Source: Eubacteriales bacterium (GTDB lineage Bacteria; Bacillota; Clostridia; Oscillospirales; CAG-272). From it: a stretch of 59,248 nucleotides of DNA. Under the pieces are notes generated by a model, which was not told where the DNA came from, searched no databases, and saw only the letters and a list, made by a program, of their open reading frames with translations. The DNA is taken from contig JAZSET010000084.1 in NCBI GenBank assembly GCA_045531795.1, positions 1-59,248 of the forward strand, read 5' to 3'. Both the position numbers and the translations under genes were made by a program. Below are positions 29,805 through 39,054 of the stretch, in pieces; position 1 is the first letter of the stretch; the number at the start of each line of letters is the position of its first letter.

Positions 29805-30284
29805 TTATTTGTGATATTTTCCGCCACCGAGTATATTGTATGCACGATATACCTGTTCAAGCAGAATAACTCGCATCATTCTGTGAGGAAAAGTCATCAT
29901 AGAGATTGAAAGGCGTTTGTCGCAGGCCTTTTTTACTTCTTCCGAAAGGCCAAACGAGCCGCCGATTATAAAACTTATTTCAGAGTATCCGTTATTTGCG
30001 GCATTTTCAAAAACTCCGGCAAAGGACTCACTTGACAGTTGTTTTCCCTCAACGCACATTGCAATTTTATATGACCTGGGTGGCAAGACGGAAAGAATTC
30101 TGTCTCCCTCTTTTTTCAGTGCAAGATTTATTTCTGCATTGGAGGGGTTGTCGGGGAGCTTTTCGTCTTTTATAAAAACATTGTTTATTTTACAGTAAGC
30201 ATTAAGTCTTTTTTCATATTCGGCAACAGCTTCTGCAAAGAAACTTTCCTTAAGATTTCCTACAAAAATTATGTTTACAGTCAT
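29805..30284 (-). CDS. rlmH: 23S rRNA (pseudouridine1915-N3)-methyltransferase
   Basis: VGNLKE, EYEKRL, FIIGGSFGL, MTFPH, LLEQVYRA, GKYHK. Confidence 0.96.
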   Translation of the reverse strand: MTVNIIFVGNLKESFFAEAVAEYEKRLNAYCKINNVFIKDEKLPDNPSNAEINLALKKEGDRILSVLPPRSYKIAMCVEGKQLSSESFAGVFENAANNGYSEISFIIGGSFGLSEEVKKACDKRLSISMMTFPHRMMRVILLEQVYRAYNILGGGKYHK

Positions 30285-30293
30285 ATATATCCT

Positions 30294-31079
30294 CTAAATT
30301 AACCGCGTGGGCAGACAGGGGTCTGCAACTGCAAGACTGATATTTCTCTTTTTGATATCACCTAAGGCACAGTAAACGGACGAAAAAGCCTCTACGGGGT
30401 CGTTGTTTTGCTCCGACAAATGTGCAAGGAGAAAATTCTTTGTACCGTTTTCGGCAAGATATGCCGCAAACTCGGCGGCATCATCGTTTGAAAGATGACC
30501 GAAACGGGACAAAATCCGCTTTTTAAGCACATCGGGGTATGGCCCCTCGTTTAACATAGTTATATCGTGATTCGCCTCAAGAATTACAGAGTCAACACCG
30601 CAAAGATTTTTTCTTACTGTATCTGTAATGCACCCCATATCGGTAGCATATCCGATAGAATGAGTCGGCGTTTTTATAACATATCCGACTGATGCCATAC
30701 TGTCGTGAGAGGTGGCAAACGAAGAGACAAAAATGTCATTTGCCTGTGCCTCAAACAAAAGAGGATGTATTTTGGTTTTTTCTTCAAGCTCTGCACAAAT
30801 CGCTTTGTTTAGCACCACTTCAGCGGAAGCCTTTGTCATATGTACGGTTAAATCGTACTTTTTGCAAATGCTCTCAAGACCTCTTGTGTGGTCACCGTGA
30901 TCGTGTGTTACAAAAATATCGGTGATATTTGCAAGAGAAGTACCAAGCATGGATAGAGATTTCTCGATAGCGCGGGCGCTCATACCCGCATCTATAAGAA
31001 TCTGGGATTTTTTGGTAGCAATAAGGCTTGAGTTTCCTTTTGAGCCTGAAAAAAGAGTGTATGCAATCACATCCGTCAT
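30294..31079 (-). CDS. YycJ/WalJ-like metallo-beta-lactamase-fold hydrolase
   Basis: SGSKGNS, LIDAG, THDHGDH, ATDMG, LEANHD, GHLSND, LAHLSEQNN. Confidence 0.85.
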   Translation of the reverse strand: MTDVIAYTLFSGSKGNSSLIATKKSQILIDAGMSARAIEKSLSMLGTSLANITDIFVTHDHGDHTRGLESICKKYDLTVHMTKASAEVVLNKAICAELEEKTKIHPLLFEAQANDIFVSSFATSHDSMASVGYVIKTPTHSIGYATDMGCITDTVRKNLCGVDSVILEANHDITMLNEGPYPDVLKKRILSRFGHLSNDDAAEFAAYLAENGTKNFLLAHLSEQNNDPVEAFSSVYCALGDIKKRNISLAVADPCLPTRLI

Positions 31080-31094
31080 ACTGATTTCCTGAAA

Positions 31095-32375
31095 TTAAGA
31101 AATTTTAATAGCACCGTAAGGTCTTACCTTCAAAACGGTAGTTGCGCCGTCACCGAATGCACCATCAAGCACTTTTCTGAAGGCAGGAACATCTTCGTTT
31201 TTTATAAATGTCTGGATTGTTCCTGCAAAACCGCCGCCGTGTACACGCCAAGCGGCATCCTTGCCCGTAAGTGCCTTTTCTGCAAGGCAAAGTGCGAGAG
31301 AAAGACCCTGTTCGGAAACATTCTTTGTTGTGTAAACGTTCTGAAGGTATTTAAAGCTTGAATTTCCCGATTCATGAACGCCTTTAAAGAATGTTGCAAG
31401 ATCATTTTTCTTAAGAGCTTCGGTCTGATATGTAACACGCTTGTTTTCTTCTTTGAAGTGAAGAGCACGCATAATAGCTCTGTCGCCGAATTTTTCGCGG
31501 AGTTCGGGGATTTTTGCTATAAGCTCTTCTTCCTCAACATCACGGAGAACTTCCTTGCCGAAGAAAGCAGCAACAGACTTCATTTCAGCAGGAACAGAAG
31601 CGTAGTCATCATTAAGGTCGGCGTGGTTGCCGCCTGTATTTACAATACATAATGAGTAGCCTGCTCCCGAAAGGTCAAAATCAAGCTTTTCTATAACAGG
31701 ATTCTTTGGGTTCTTGAAATCTATTGCTACAAAGCCGCCGACAGCACAAGCTACCTGGTCCATAAGACCGCAGGGCTTTCCAAAGAAAACGTTTTCGGAA
31801 TATTGAGCAATTTTTGCTATTTCAGGATTTTCCACTTTGCCATCATTATAGAAATGGTTTAAGATATTTCCAACCATATCCTCAAACGCAGCACTTGAAG
31901 AAAGTCCGCTTCCCTTGAAAACATTTGAGGTAGTATAAGCATCATATCCGCCGATTTTGTAACTTGCATTCAAAAAGCCGCGAGCCATACCTGAGATAAT
32001 TGCACAAGATTTGAAGAAAGTCTTTTCACAGGGCTCGGGATTGCTTACATCTACGCTGTCAAGCGGAAAACCTTCGCTCTTGATATTTATTTGCATATCT
32101 TCTCTTTTTGAAGCAACGGCAATAATGTCAAGGTCGATAGATGCGGCAATTACCTTTCCGTGATTGTGGTCTGTGTGATTTCCGGAAATTTCGCTTCTTC
32201 CTGCCACGGAGAAAAGGTCAAGGTCACGGCCGCTGCCAAACTGCTTTTCAAATTCATCAACAGCTTTTGTATAACGCGCATTTGCCTTTTCGAGGTTTTC
32301 TTTTCCGTAAAGAATTGTAAAAATTTCCTCAAAGCCATTTTCGGAAATCTTTTTCTTTAATGATTCAGCATTCAT
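31095..32375 (-). CDS. galK: Galactokinase-family (GHMP) sugar kinase
   Basis: GRSEISGNHTDHNHG, GSGLSSSAA, GKPCGLMDQ, RVHGGGFAG. Confidence 0.8.
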   Translation of the reverse strand: MNAESLKKKISENGFEEIFTILYGKENLEKANARYTKAVDEFEKQFGSGRDLDLFSVAGRSEISGNHTDHNHGKVIAASIDLDIIAVASKREDMQINIKSEGFPLDSVDVSNPEPCEKTFFKSCAIISGMARGFLNASYKIGGYDAYTTSNVFKGSGLSSSAAFEDMVGNILNHFYNDGKVENPEIAKIAQYSENVFFGKPCGLMDQVACAVGGFVAIDFKNPKNPVIEKLDFDLSGAGYSLCIVNTGGNHADLNDDYASVPAEMKSVAAFFGKEVLRDVEEEELIAKIPELREKFGDRAIMRALHFKEENKRVTYQTEALKKNDLATFFKGVHESGNSSFKYLQNVYTTKNVSEQGLSLALCLAEKALTGKDAAWRVHGGGFAGTIQTFIKNEDVPAFRKVLDGAFGDGATTVLKVRPYGAIKIS

Positions 32376-32408
32376 TTTATTCTTCCTTTCTTTGGTGTGG
32401 AATTTATT

Positions 32409-33680
32409 TTATAATTTATCAAGCTCTTCAAGAGCAAGGTAAATAGCATTACTTGAAGCAAGATAGCGGACATAGTCACGAACACTTCTGCCCGGGGCAA
32501 TGTTTAATTTTTTTGTCGTTTCTCCGTTTTTGGAGGAAACTGCGATATAAACAAGGCCTACGGGTTTTTCATCACTTCCGCCTGTCGGACCTGCAATACC
32601 CGTTGTGCTGACGGCAATGTCAACGCCAAGCTTTTCTCTTGCCCCGCGAGCCATAGCGGCAGCGACTTCGTGAGAAACAACGCCGTGTGCTTTTATAAGC
32701 TCATTTGGCACGCCGAGTAAACTTTCCTTTATTTCGTTTGCGTAAGACACAATACTGCCAAGATAAACACTTGATGCCCCAGAAAGGTCGGTAAGCCGTT
32801 TGGCAACAAGGCCTCCGGTACAGCTTTCTGCACTTCCGAAGGTCAGTTTTTTCTCTTTTAGCTTTAGTAAAAGTGCATTTTCAAGTGAGTTTACATCTAC
32901 TCCGTAAATGTAATTTCCGACTTCCGTCGCTTTGATTTTATCTATCATATCGCCGCAGAGCTTTTCACATTCCTCCATTGATTTGGCTCTTGCGGTAATT
33001 CTGAGTCTAACCTCACCGGTATTTACATAGGGTGCAACGGTGGGATTGGTTGAGCTTTGCATCAAATCCTTGAGCATAGCTTCAACAGAAGATTCTCCGA
33101 TTCCGAAAATGTTTATGTTCCGGCTAAGCATAACATTGTCTGTGAATTCTGACAGATATGGCATAACCTCATTTGTAAACATAGGTTCAAGCTCGCGGGG
33201 AGGACCCGGTAACATAATAATAATTTTCCCTTTTTCAAAATCTTCAATTGCGACTCCGGGTGCAGTGCCGAAGTGATTTTTGAATACTGTCGAGCCATCG
33301 GGTACAAGGGCTTGCTTTTCATTGTTCTTTGTCATAACACGCCCTGTTTTTTCAAAATATACGCGAATGGCTTCAAAGCTGTCTTTATCTGTGTGCATTT
33401 CTCTGCCCATAAGCTTTGCTGCGGTTTCTTTTGTAAGGTCGTCATAGGTCGGACCGAGGCCGCCGCTTGTGATTACAATATCAGAGCGCGAAAGCGCACA
33501 TTTCAGAGCTTCTTCAAGTCGTTTGGGGTTATCGCCGACTACGCCCTGATAATATTGGTTTATTCCCATTTCTGCAAGCGACTTTGAGATAAATGCAGCA
33601 TTGGTGTTGACAATATCGCCTATTAAAAGTTCTGTGCCGACACAGAGAATTTCAGCAGTTGTAATTTTCGTAACCATCAC
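32409..33680 (-). CDS. cinA: Competence/damage-inducible protein A (MoCF domain + PncC/NMN deamidase domain)
   Basis: VGTELLIGDIVNTNA, GGLGPTYDD, LPGPPRE, AESCTGG, TTGIAGPTGG. Confidence 0.95.
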   Translation of the reverse strand: MMVTKITTAEILCVGTELLIGDIVNTNAAFISKSLAEMGINQYYQGVVGDNPKRLEEALKCALSRSDIVITSGGLGPTYDDLTKETAAKLMGREMHTDKDSFEAIRVYFEKTGRVMTKNNEKQALVPDGSTVFKNHFGTAPGVAIEDFEKGKIIIMLPGPPRELEPMFTNEVMPYLSEFTDNVMLSRNINIFGIGESSVEAMLKDLMQSSTNPTVAPYVNTGEVRLRITARAKSMEECEKLCGDMIDKIKATEVGNYIYGVDVNSLENALLLKLKEKKLTFGSAESCTGGLVAKRLTDLSGASSVYLGSIVSYANEIKESLLGVPNELIKAHGVVSHEVAAAMARGAREKLGVDIAVSTTGIAGPTGGSDEKPVGLVYIAVSSKNGETTKKLNIAPGRSVRDYVRYLASSNAIYLALEELDKL

Positions 33681-34339
33681 TCCTTGGTAAGGTTTTTAAG
33701 GCACAGCTCTTTTAAGGGACATTCTTCGCATTTTGGAGAGCGGGCTGTGCAAACATCTCTTCCGAACTGTACTATTCTGTGGCAAAAATCAGTCTGATAC
33801 CCGGGGTTTACAAGAGATGAGAGGATTCTTTCCACCTTTGCGGGGTCTTTGAGTTCTTCACCGTACATACCGAGCCGACCGCAGATTCTGATGCAGTGGG
33901 TATCTGCCACAATTCCTGGGATTCCAAAGATATCGCCTAAAAGAAGATTGGCAATTTTTCTTCCTACACCGGGTAAAGTAAGTAAATCTTCTATATTGGA
34001 GGGAAGCTCTCCGCCGAATTTTTCAATAAGCATTACAGCGCTGTCTTTTATGTTTTTTGCCTTTGTGTTAAACAGTCCGCAGGGCCTGATAATCTCTGCG
34101 ATTTCATCATAAGAGGCGTTTGCAATTGATTCAAGGGTAGGAAACTTTGCAAAAAGTTCTTTGCAGACGATGTTTACACGAGCGTCCGTACACTGTGCGG
34201 ACAGTCTTCCCATAATTAACAGGCGCCACGGAATACCCTCGTATTTCAGCGCACATTCGGCATCGGGATAAAGCTCTTCAAGTAGCTTTGCAATCTCATT
34301 TATGTTTTGCTTTTTCTTGTTTTGTGAAAGCTTTTTCAT
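33677..34339 (-). CDS. nth: Endonuclease III
   Basis: LSAQCTD, LPGVGRKIAN (HhH), DTH, CTARSPKCEECPLKELC (4Fe-4S). Confidence 0.95.
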   Translation of the reverse strand: MKKLSQNKKKQNINEIAKLLEELYPDAECALKYEGIPWRLLIMGRLSAQCTDARVNIVCKELFAKFPTLESIANASYDEIAEIIRPCGLFNTKAKNIKDSAVMLIEKFGGELPSNIEDLLTLPGVGRKIANLLLGDIFGIPGIVADTHCIRICGRLGMYGEELKDPAKVERILSSLVNPGYQTDFCHRIVQFGRDVCTARSPKCEECPLKELCLKNLTKE

Positions 34340-34938
34340 CTTTTATATTTCGTCTTTTCAAGAATTTTGTAATCAAAATGTTTGTCAAGTAAAAGCGAAA
34401 GTGTTTCAAGCGGAAGCCCTACAACATTGTAGTAATCGCCTTTTATATATTCAACAAAAATACCGCCAAGGTCCTGAATTCCATACGCGCCTGCCTTGTC
34501 AAGAGGCTCTCCTGTTTCCACATATGCTTCAATTTCTTGCCCCGATATTTTACGCATTTTTACCGTTGTGCATACACTTGCAGATGCGCTTGTGTTGCCG
34601 TTTGTTATGCAAATGCCGGAAAACACTGTGTGAATATGACCTGACAGCATTTTCAGCATTTTTTTAGCTTCTTCTCTGCTTGAGGGCTTTGTGAGTACCC
34701 TGCCTTTATAGCAAACAACGGTATCCGCGCCTATAACGAGGTCGCCTGGCGTATAGTCTTTGTGAGTGAGAATTATATTTGCCTTGCGGCAGGCAAGAGT
34801 TTCAACGAGCGCGGCAGGGTCTGAGGGGAGATCTGTCTCCTCATCTGCATCTGACACAAGAGTTGTAAATTCAAGTCCTAAATGTGAAAGGATTTCTTTT
34901 CTTCTCGGGCTTTTAGATGCAAGTATAAGCTTTGGCAT
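34336..34938 (-). CDS. maf: Maf family nucleoside-triphosphate pyrophosphatase
   Basis: LILASKSPRR, IGADTVV, DKAGAYGIQ, NVVGLP. Confidence 0.96.
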   Translation of the reverse strand: MPKLILASKSPRRKEILSHLGLEFTTLVSDADEETDLPSDPAALVETLACRKANIILTHKDYTPGDLVIGADTVVCYKGRVLTKPSSREEAKKMLKMLSGHIHTVFSGICITNGNTSASASVCTTVKMRKISGQEIEAYVETGEPLDKAGAYGIQDLGGIFVEYIKGDYYNVVGLPLETLSLLLDKHFDYKILEKTKYKR

Positions 34939-34939
34939 T

Positions 34940-35386
34940 TTATTTTATACCCGTTGAGCCAAATCCGCCGGCTCCTCTTTCCGTTTCGTCAAGCTCCTTG
35001 CATTCTGAAAGCTTTGCAGTCAGCACGGGCATAAACATAAGCTGAGCGATTCTGTCGCCCGGCTCAATGGTAAAATCAGTGTCAGACGTGTTTATCAGTG
35101 AAACAAGAATTTCTCCGCGATAGTCGCTGTCTATAACGCCGATACCGTTTGCCAGAGCAATTCCGTGCTTTGTTGCAAGTCCGCTTCTTGCGCAAACTAC
35201 CGATACAACCGAAGAGTCTTTGACAGCAACGGCAATTCCTGTGGGGACAGCTGCTCTTGAGTGTGCAGCGATGGTGATGCTTTCTTCAAGTGCACTTCTT
35301 AAATCAAGGGCGGCAGAGCCGGGTGTGGCATAAGAGGGAATCACCGCATTTTTGCGAACTTTCTTTATTTTTACTTCTGTTTGCAT
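34940..35386 (-). CDS. dut: dUTP diphosphatase
   Basis: GSAALDL, RSGLA, GVIDSDYRGE, DRIAQL, RGAGGFGSTG. Confidence 0.97.
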   Translation of the reverse strand: MQTEVKIKKVRKNAVIPSYATPGSAALDLRSALEESITIAAHSRAAVPTGIAVAVKDSSVVSVVCARSGLATKHGIALANGIGVIDSDYRGEILVSLINTSDTDFTIEPGDRIAQLMFMPVLTAKLSECKELDETERGAGGFGSTGIK

Positions 35387-35429
35387 AATATACCCCTTTC
35401 ATACGGAGAGTCTTCGTTTAAAATATGTG

Positions 35430-35458
35430 TTGACTTTAGTGTGCCTTTGGGTTATAAT
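35430..35458 (+). promoter_or_regulatory. SigA-type promoter (rightward, U32 operon)
   Basis: TTGACT-17 bp-TATAAT. Confidence 0.6.
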
Positions 35459-35493
35459 ATTTTCAGTACAACAGTATACACTATAACATTATA

Positions 35494-35522
35494 ATTATAC
35501 TTTATATTTATAAATATTGCAA
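35494..35522 (-). promoter_or_regulatory. SigA-type promoter (leftward, dut operon)
   Basis: Minus strand TTGCAA-17 bp-TATAAT. Confidence 0.55.
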
Positions 35523-35558
35523 GAGCAATTGCAAAAAAAGACAAGGAGGAAGCAATAA

Positions 35559-37580
35559 ATGACAGATATTTTTTCAAAAAAGCCCGAATTGCTTGCTCCT
35601 GCAGGCAGTATGGAGGCACTTGTCGCGGCAATAGCGGGTGGTGCCGACGCGGTTTATTTTGGAACTTCTGCTTTTAATGCACGAATGAATGCCAAAAATT
35701 TTGACAGAGACGAAATAAAAAGAGCAATTGAGAAGTGCCGTAACTTCGGAGTCCGTTCCAACATTACTTTCAACACTCTTGTTTATGACAGGGAGTTTTC
35801 GCCTGCGCTTGAAGAGGTGGAATTTTTATATAAAAGCGGTGCCGATGCTCTTATAATCGCTGATCTGGGACTCGCCGCGGAAATAAAGAAATATTTTCCC
35901 AATATAGAACTTCATGCGAGTACGCAGATGTCAATTCACAATATAATGGGAGCAGAACTGCTTTCAGAGCTTGGATATACGAGAGCCGTAGTCGCAAGGG
36001 AGCTTGACAGAGATTCTCTTTTTGAAATATGTCAGAAATCTCCCATAGAAACAGAAATTTTTATTCACGGAGCTCTCTGCGTGTCTCATTCGGGACAGTG
36101 TCTGTTCAGTTCGCTTGTCGGTTCACGAAGCGGTAACAGGGGGGAGTGCGCTCAGCCCTGCAGACTGCCGTATAACGGCTCTTACCCCCTGAGCCTTAAG
36201 GATAATTGTCTTGCCGGATGCTTTGAGGAAGTTTTAAAGCTTGGCGCAGCGTCTCTTAAAATAGAGGGCAGAATGAAATCCCCTGCCTATGTATACGGAG
36301 TGACTTCAATATACAGACGGCTTATTGATGAGGGAAGAAATGCTGCAAAAAAAGAGATAGAAGAGCTTGCTGCCCTCTTTTCCCGGAGTGGCTTTACAGA
36401 TGGCTATTTTAAGAAAAAAATTGATACTTCAATGAATGGCATACGAACAGAAGCTGATAAAGCACAAAGTACAGAAGAAAAGAGCTTTGATATCAGGCAA
36501 AGAAGCCGTATGGTGGATATGAAAGCCGTATTTAAGCAAGAAGAACCGTCAAAGCTGACACTTTCTCTTGGAAAGACAAGCGTTACAGTTCTTGGTGAAA
36601 CTCCCGAAAAGGCAATAAACGCACCGATTTCACTTGATAATGTGAGAAAAAATCTTTTAAAACTCGGCTCAACGGATTTTGTCTGCGATAAATGTGAAAT
36701 AGAGCTTGATGACGGCATTATCCTGCCTGTTTCAAAAATAAATGAATTAAGGCGAAACGCTGTGTCTGCACTTGAAAAGGCTCTTGTGCCCGAAAGAAGA
36801 GTTTTGACTTTTAAGAGGGAAAACAACAGCGCCGAGGCAGAATACAGCGCAAAAAGAAGCGCAAGATTTTTAAAGAGGGAACAAATTCCCGAAAATGCGT
36901 CAGATTATTTTGATATAATATATCTTCCCCTTGAAGAATACCGGAGTGACAGGGCAAACGGAGTGATTATTCCCCCTGTAATATTTGAGTATGAGCTTGA
37001 AAAAGTCAGAAAAATGCTTGAAAAAGCAAAAGAAGACGGCGCACGGCACGCGCTTATAACAAATCCCGGACAAATAAGGTTTGCGCAAAGTATGGGGTTT
37101 GAGTGTCACGGAGATTTCAGACTGAATGTTACAAACAAGCACAGTGTAAAAGAGCTTCTTCGCCTCGGACTTGCGGATATAATCCCCTCTCCTGAGCTTA
37201 CGCTTGTAAGGGTGTCAGAACTCGGAGCAAGAGCGTCTTCAAATGCGATTGTTTACGGAAGAATACCTATGATGTTACTTGAAAAATGCGTTATAAAACA
37301 GTTGTCGGGTTGTGAAAGCTGTGAGAAAAACAAGGGAATGCTTACAGACAGAATGGGCGAAAAATTCCCTGTATACAGGACTTGTGACCACAGAAACACA
37401 GTATACAACAGCAGAGTAACCTATATGGCTGACAAAAAAGAGGCGTTACTTTCTGCAGGCATTGTGGGCGGACATTATATTTTCACCGATGAAAACAAAG
37501 AAAAGGTATCTGCGGTAATAAAGGCATATAAAAATGAGACGGAAACCAAAGAGCCTATCCGCAGAATACCAAAGAAATAG
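35559..37580 (+). CDS. Peptidase U32 family protein with DUF3656-like region (RlhA-like Fe-S RNA hydroxylase)
   Basis: PELLAPAG, ELHASTQ, HGALCVSHSGQC, NRGECAQPCR, KIEGRMK. The 673-aa length fits the long U32 class. Confidence 0.85.
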   Translation: MTDIFSKKPELLAPAGSMEALVAAIAGGADAVYFGTSAFNARMNAKNFDRDEIKRAIEKCRNFGVRSNITFNTLVYDREFSPALEEVEFLYKSGADALIIADLGLAAEIKKYFPNIELHASTQMSIHNIMGAELLSELGYTRAVVARELDRDSLFEICQKSPIETEIFIHGALCVSHSGQCLFSSLVGSRSGNRGECAQPCRLPYNGSYPLSLKDNCLAGCFEEVLKLGAASLKIEGRMKSPAYVYGVTSIYRRLIDEGRNAAKKEIEELAALFSRSGFTDGYFKKKIDTSMNGIRTEADKAQSTEEKSFDIRQRSRMVDMKAVFKQEEPSKLTLSLGKTSVTVLGETPEKAINAPISLDNVRKNLLKLGSTDFVCDKCEIELDDGIILPVSKINELRRNAVSALEKALVPERRVLTFKRENNSAEAEYSAKRSARFLKREQIPENASDYFDIIYLPLEEYRSDRANGVIIPPVIFEYELEKVRKMLEKAKEDGARHALITNPGQIRFAQSMGFECHGDFRLNVTNKHSVKELLRLGLADIIPSPELTLVRVSELGARASSNAIVYGRIPMMLLEKCVIKQLSGCESCEKNKGMLTDRMGEKFPVYRTCDHRNTVYNSRVTYMADKKEALLSAGIVGGHYIFTDENKEKVSAVIKAYKNETETKEPIRRIPKK

Positions 37581-37591
37581 CGGGAGAAATT

Positions 37592-38242
37592 ATGGCTTAT
37601 AACTGTATAGTTTGGGATTTTAACGGAACAATAATAGACGATATAAAGGTCGGAATTGATTCTGTAAATCCGCTTTTATCAGCCCGAGGGCTTAAAACAA
37701 TTGACAGTATTGAAGAGTACAGACGACACTTTGATTTCCCGATAAAGGAATATTACTCTTCGCTGGGCTTTGATTTTTCAAAAGAGCCATATGAAAAAAT
37801 AGCCCACGAGTGGGTTTGGAATTATCAGAGCTTATCACACACAATTAAGCCTGTAAGTGGCGTTTGTGATGTCATAAAATATTTTTACGAAGCAGGACTT
37901 AAACAGATAATACTTTCCGCTTCTGAGCGCGATATGCTTGAAACAAAGCTTATGGAAATTGGTGTTTCAGACTATTTTGAAGACATACTTGCGCTTGACA
38001 ATATTTATGCACACAGTAAGCTTGAAATAGCAAAAGATTATTTCAAAGGCAAAAACAAAAGCCAATATCTTATGATAGGCGATACGACTCACGATGCTTT
38101 TGTTGCAAAAGAAGTTGGCATTGATGCAGTGCTTGTCTGCGGTCATCACGGCAGAGAAAAGCTTGAAAAGGAAGGCTTTCCCGTTTGCGACGATATGATA
38201 AGTTTTCTCAGTGATATCAAGAACGGAAACCTGATTATTTAG
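37592..38242 (+). CDS. HAD-family hydrolase
   Basis: WDFNGTIIDD, IILSAS, MIGDTTHD. Confidence 0.85.
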   Translation: MAYNCIVWDFNGTIIDDIKVGIDSVNPLLSARGLKTIDSIEEYRRHFDFPIKEYYSSLGFDFSKEPYEKIAHEWVWNYQSLSHTIKPVSGVCDVIKYFYEAGLKQIILSASERDMLETKLMEIGVSDYFEDILALDNIYAHSKLEIAKDYFKGKNKSQYLMIGDTTHDAFVAKEVGIDAVLVCGHHGREKLEKEGFPVCDDMISFLSDIKNGNLII

Positions 38243-38252
38243 GGGGTGCAAA

Positions 38253-39038
38253 ATGACACAACTTAATAATATGGCACCCATAGCGGTAATAGATTCGGGC
38301 GTGGGCGGACTGTCGGTTCTGGCAGAACTCAGAAAGATTATGCCCGAGGAAAACTACCTTTATTACGGCGACACAGCAAATGCACCTTATGGCACAAAAA
38401 AGCGGGAGCAGGTGCTTGAAATAATGCTTGAAAACACCGAAAAGCTATTGTCTTTGGGAGCTAAAGCGATAGTGGTTGCGTGTAATACCGCAACGAGTGC
38501 AGCAGTAAGAGTAATGCGTGAAAAGTACCCAGACTTGCCTATTGTCGGAATAGAACCTGCCATAAAGCCGGCGCTTCTGGTGTGCGAGCATCCAACGGTT
38601 GTTGTAATGGCAACACCTCTTACCCTTGCGGAAGAAAAATTCAATGCTCTGAAAGAACGATTTGCAAATGATGAAGAAATAATACCTTTGCCGTGCCCCG
38701 GACTTATGGAGATTATAGATGCGGGAAACACGGAGGGAGAAATTGTTGACAGGTATATAAACGATGTGTTTTTGCCTTTAAAGGGCAAAAAAATTGATGC
38801 AGTTGTACTTGGTTGTACCCACTATCCGTTTATAAAAAAGTCGCTTCAGAAGCATCTCGGCAGTAAAGTGGCAATCCTTGACGGCGGCAACGGTACAGCG
38901 AGGGAAGCTAAACGCAGGATAGAAGCGGCGGGTATAAAAAACAAAACAAAAGCTATCGGAGAAATAAAATTTGTTTTTTCTTCCGACAGCAGAGCAGACA
39001 AGGCTCTGTGCGAGAGACTGCTTAAAGAAATAAACTGA
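38253..39038 (+). CDS. murI: Glutamate racemase
   Basis: DSGVGGLSV, PYG, VVACNTAT, VLGCTHYP. Confidence 0.97.
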   Translation: MTQLNNMAPIAVIDSGVGGLSVLAELRKIMPEENYLYYGDTANAPYGTKKREQVLEIMLENTEKLLSLGAKAIVVACNTATSAAVRVMREKYPDLPIVGIEPAIKPALLVCEHPTVVVMATPLTLAEEKFNALKERFANDEEIIPLPCPGLMEIIDAGNTEGEIVDRYINDVFLPLKGKKIDAVVLGCTHYPFIKKSLQKHLGSKVAILDGGNGTAREAKRRIEAAGIKNKTKAIGEIKFVFSSDSRADKALCERLLKEIN

Positions 39039-39054
39039 AAAAGGAGGGTGGCAA

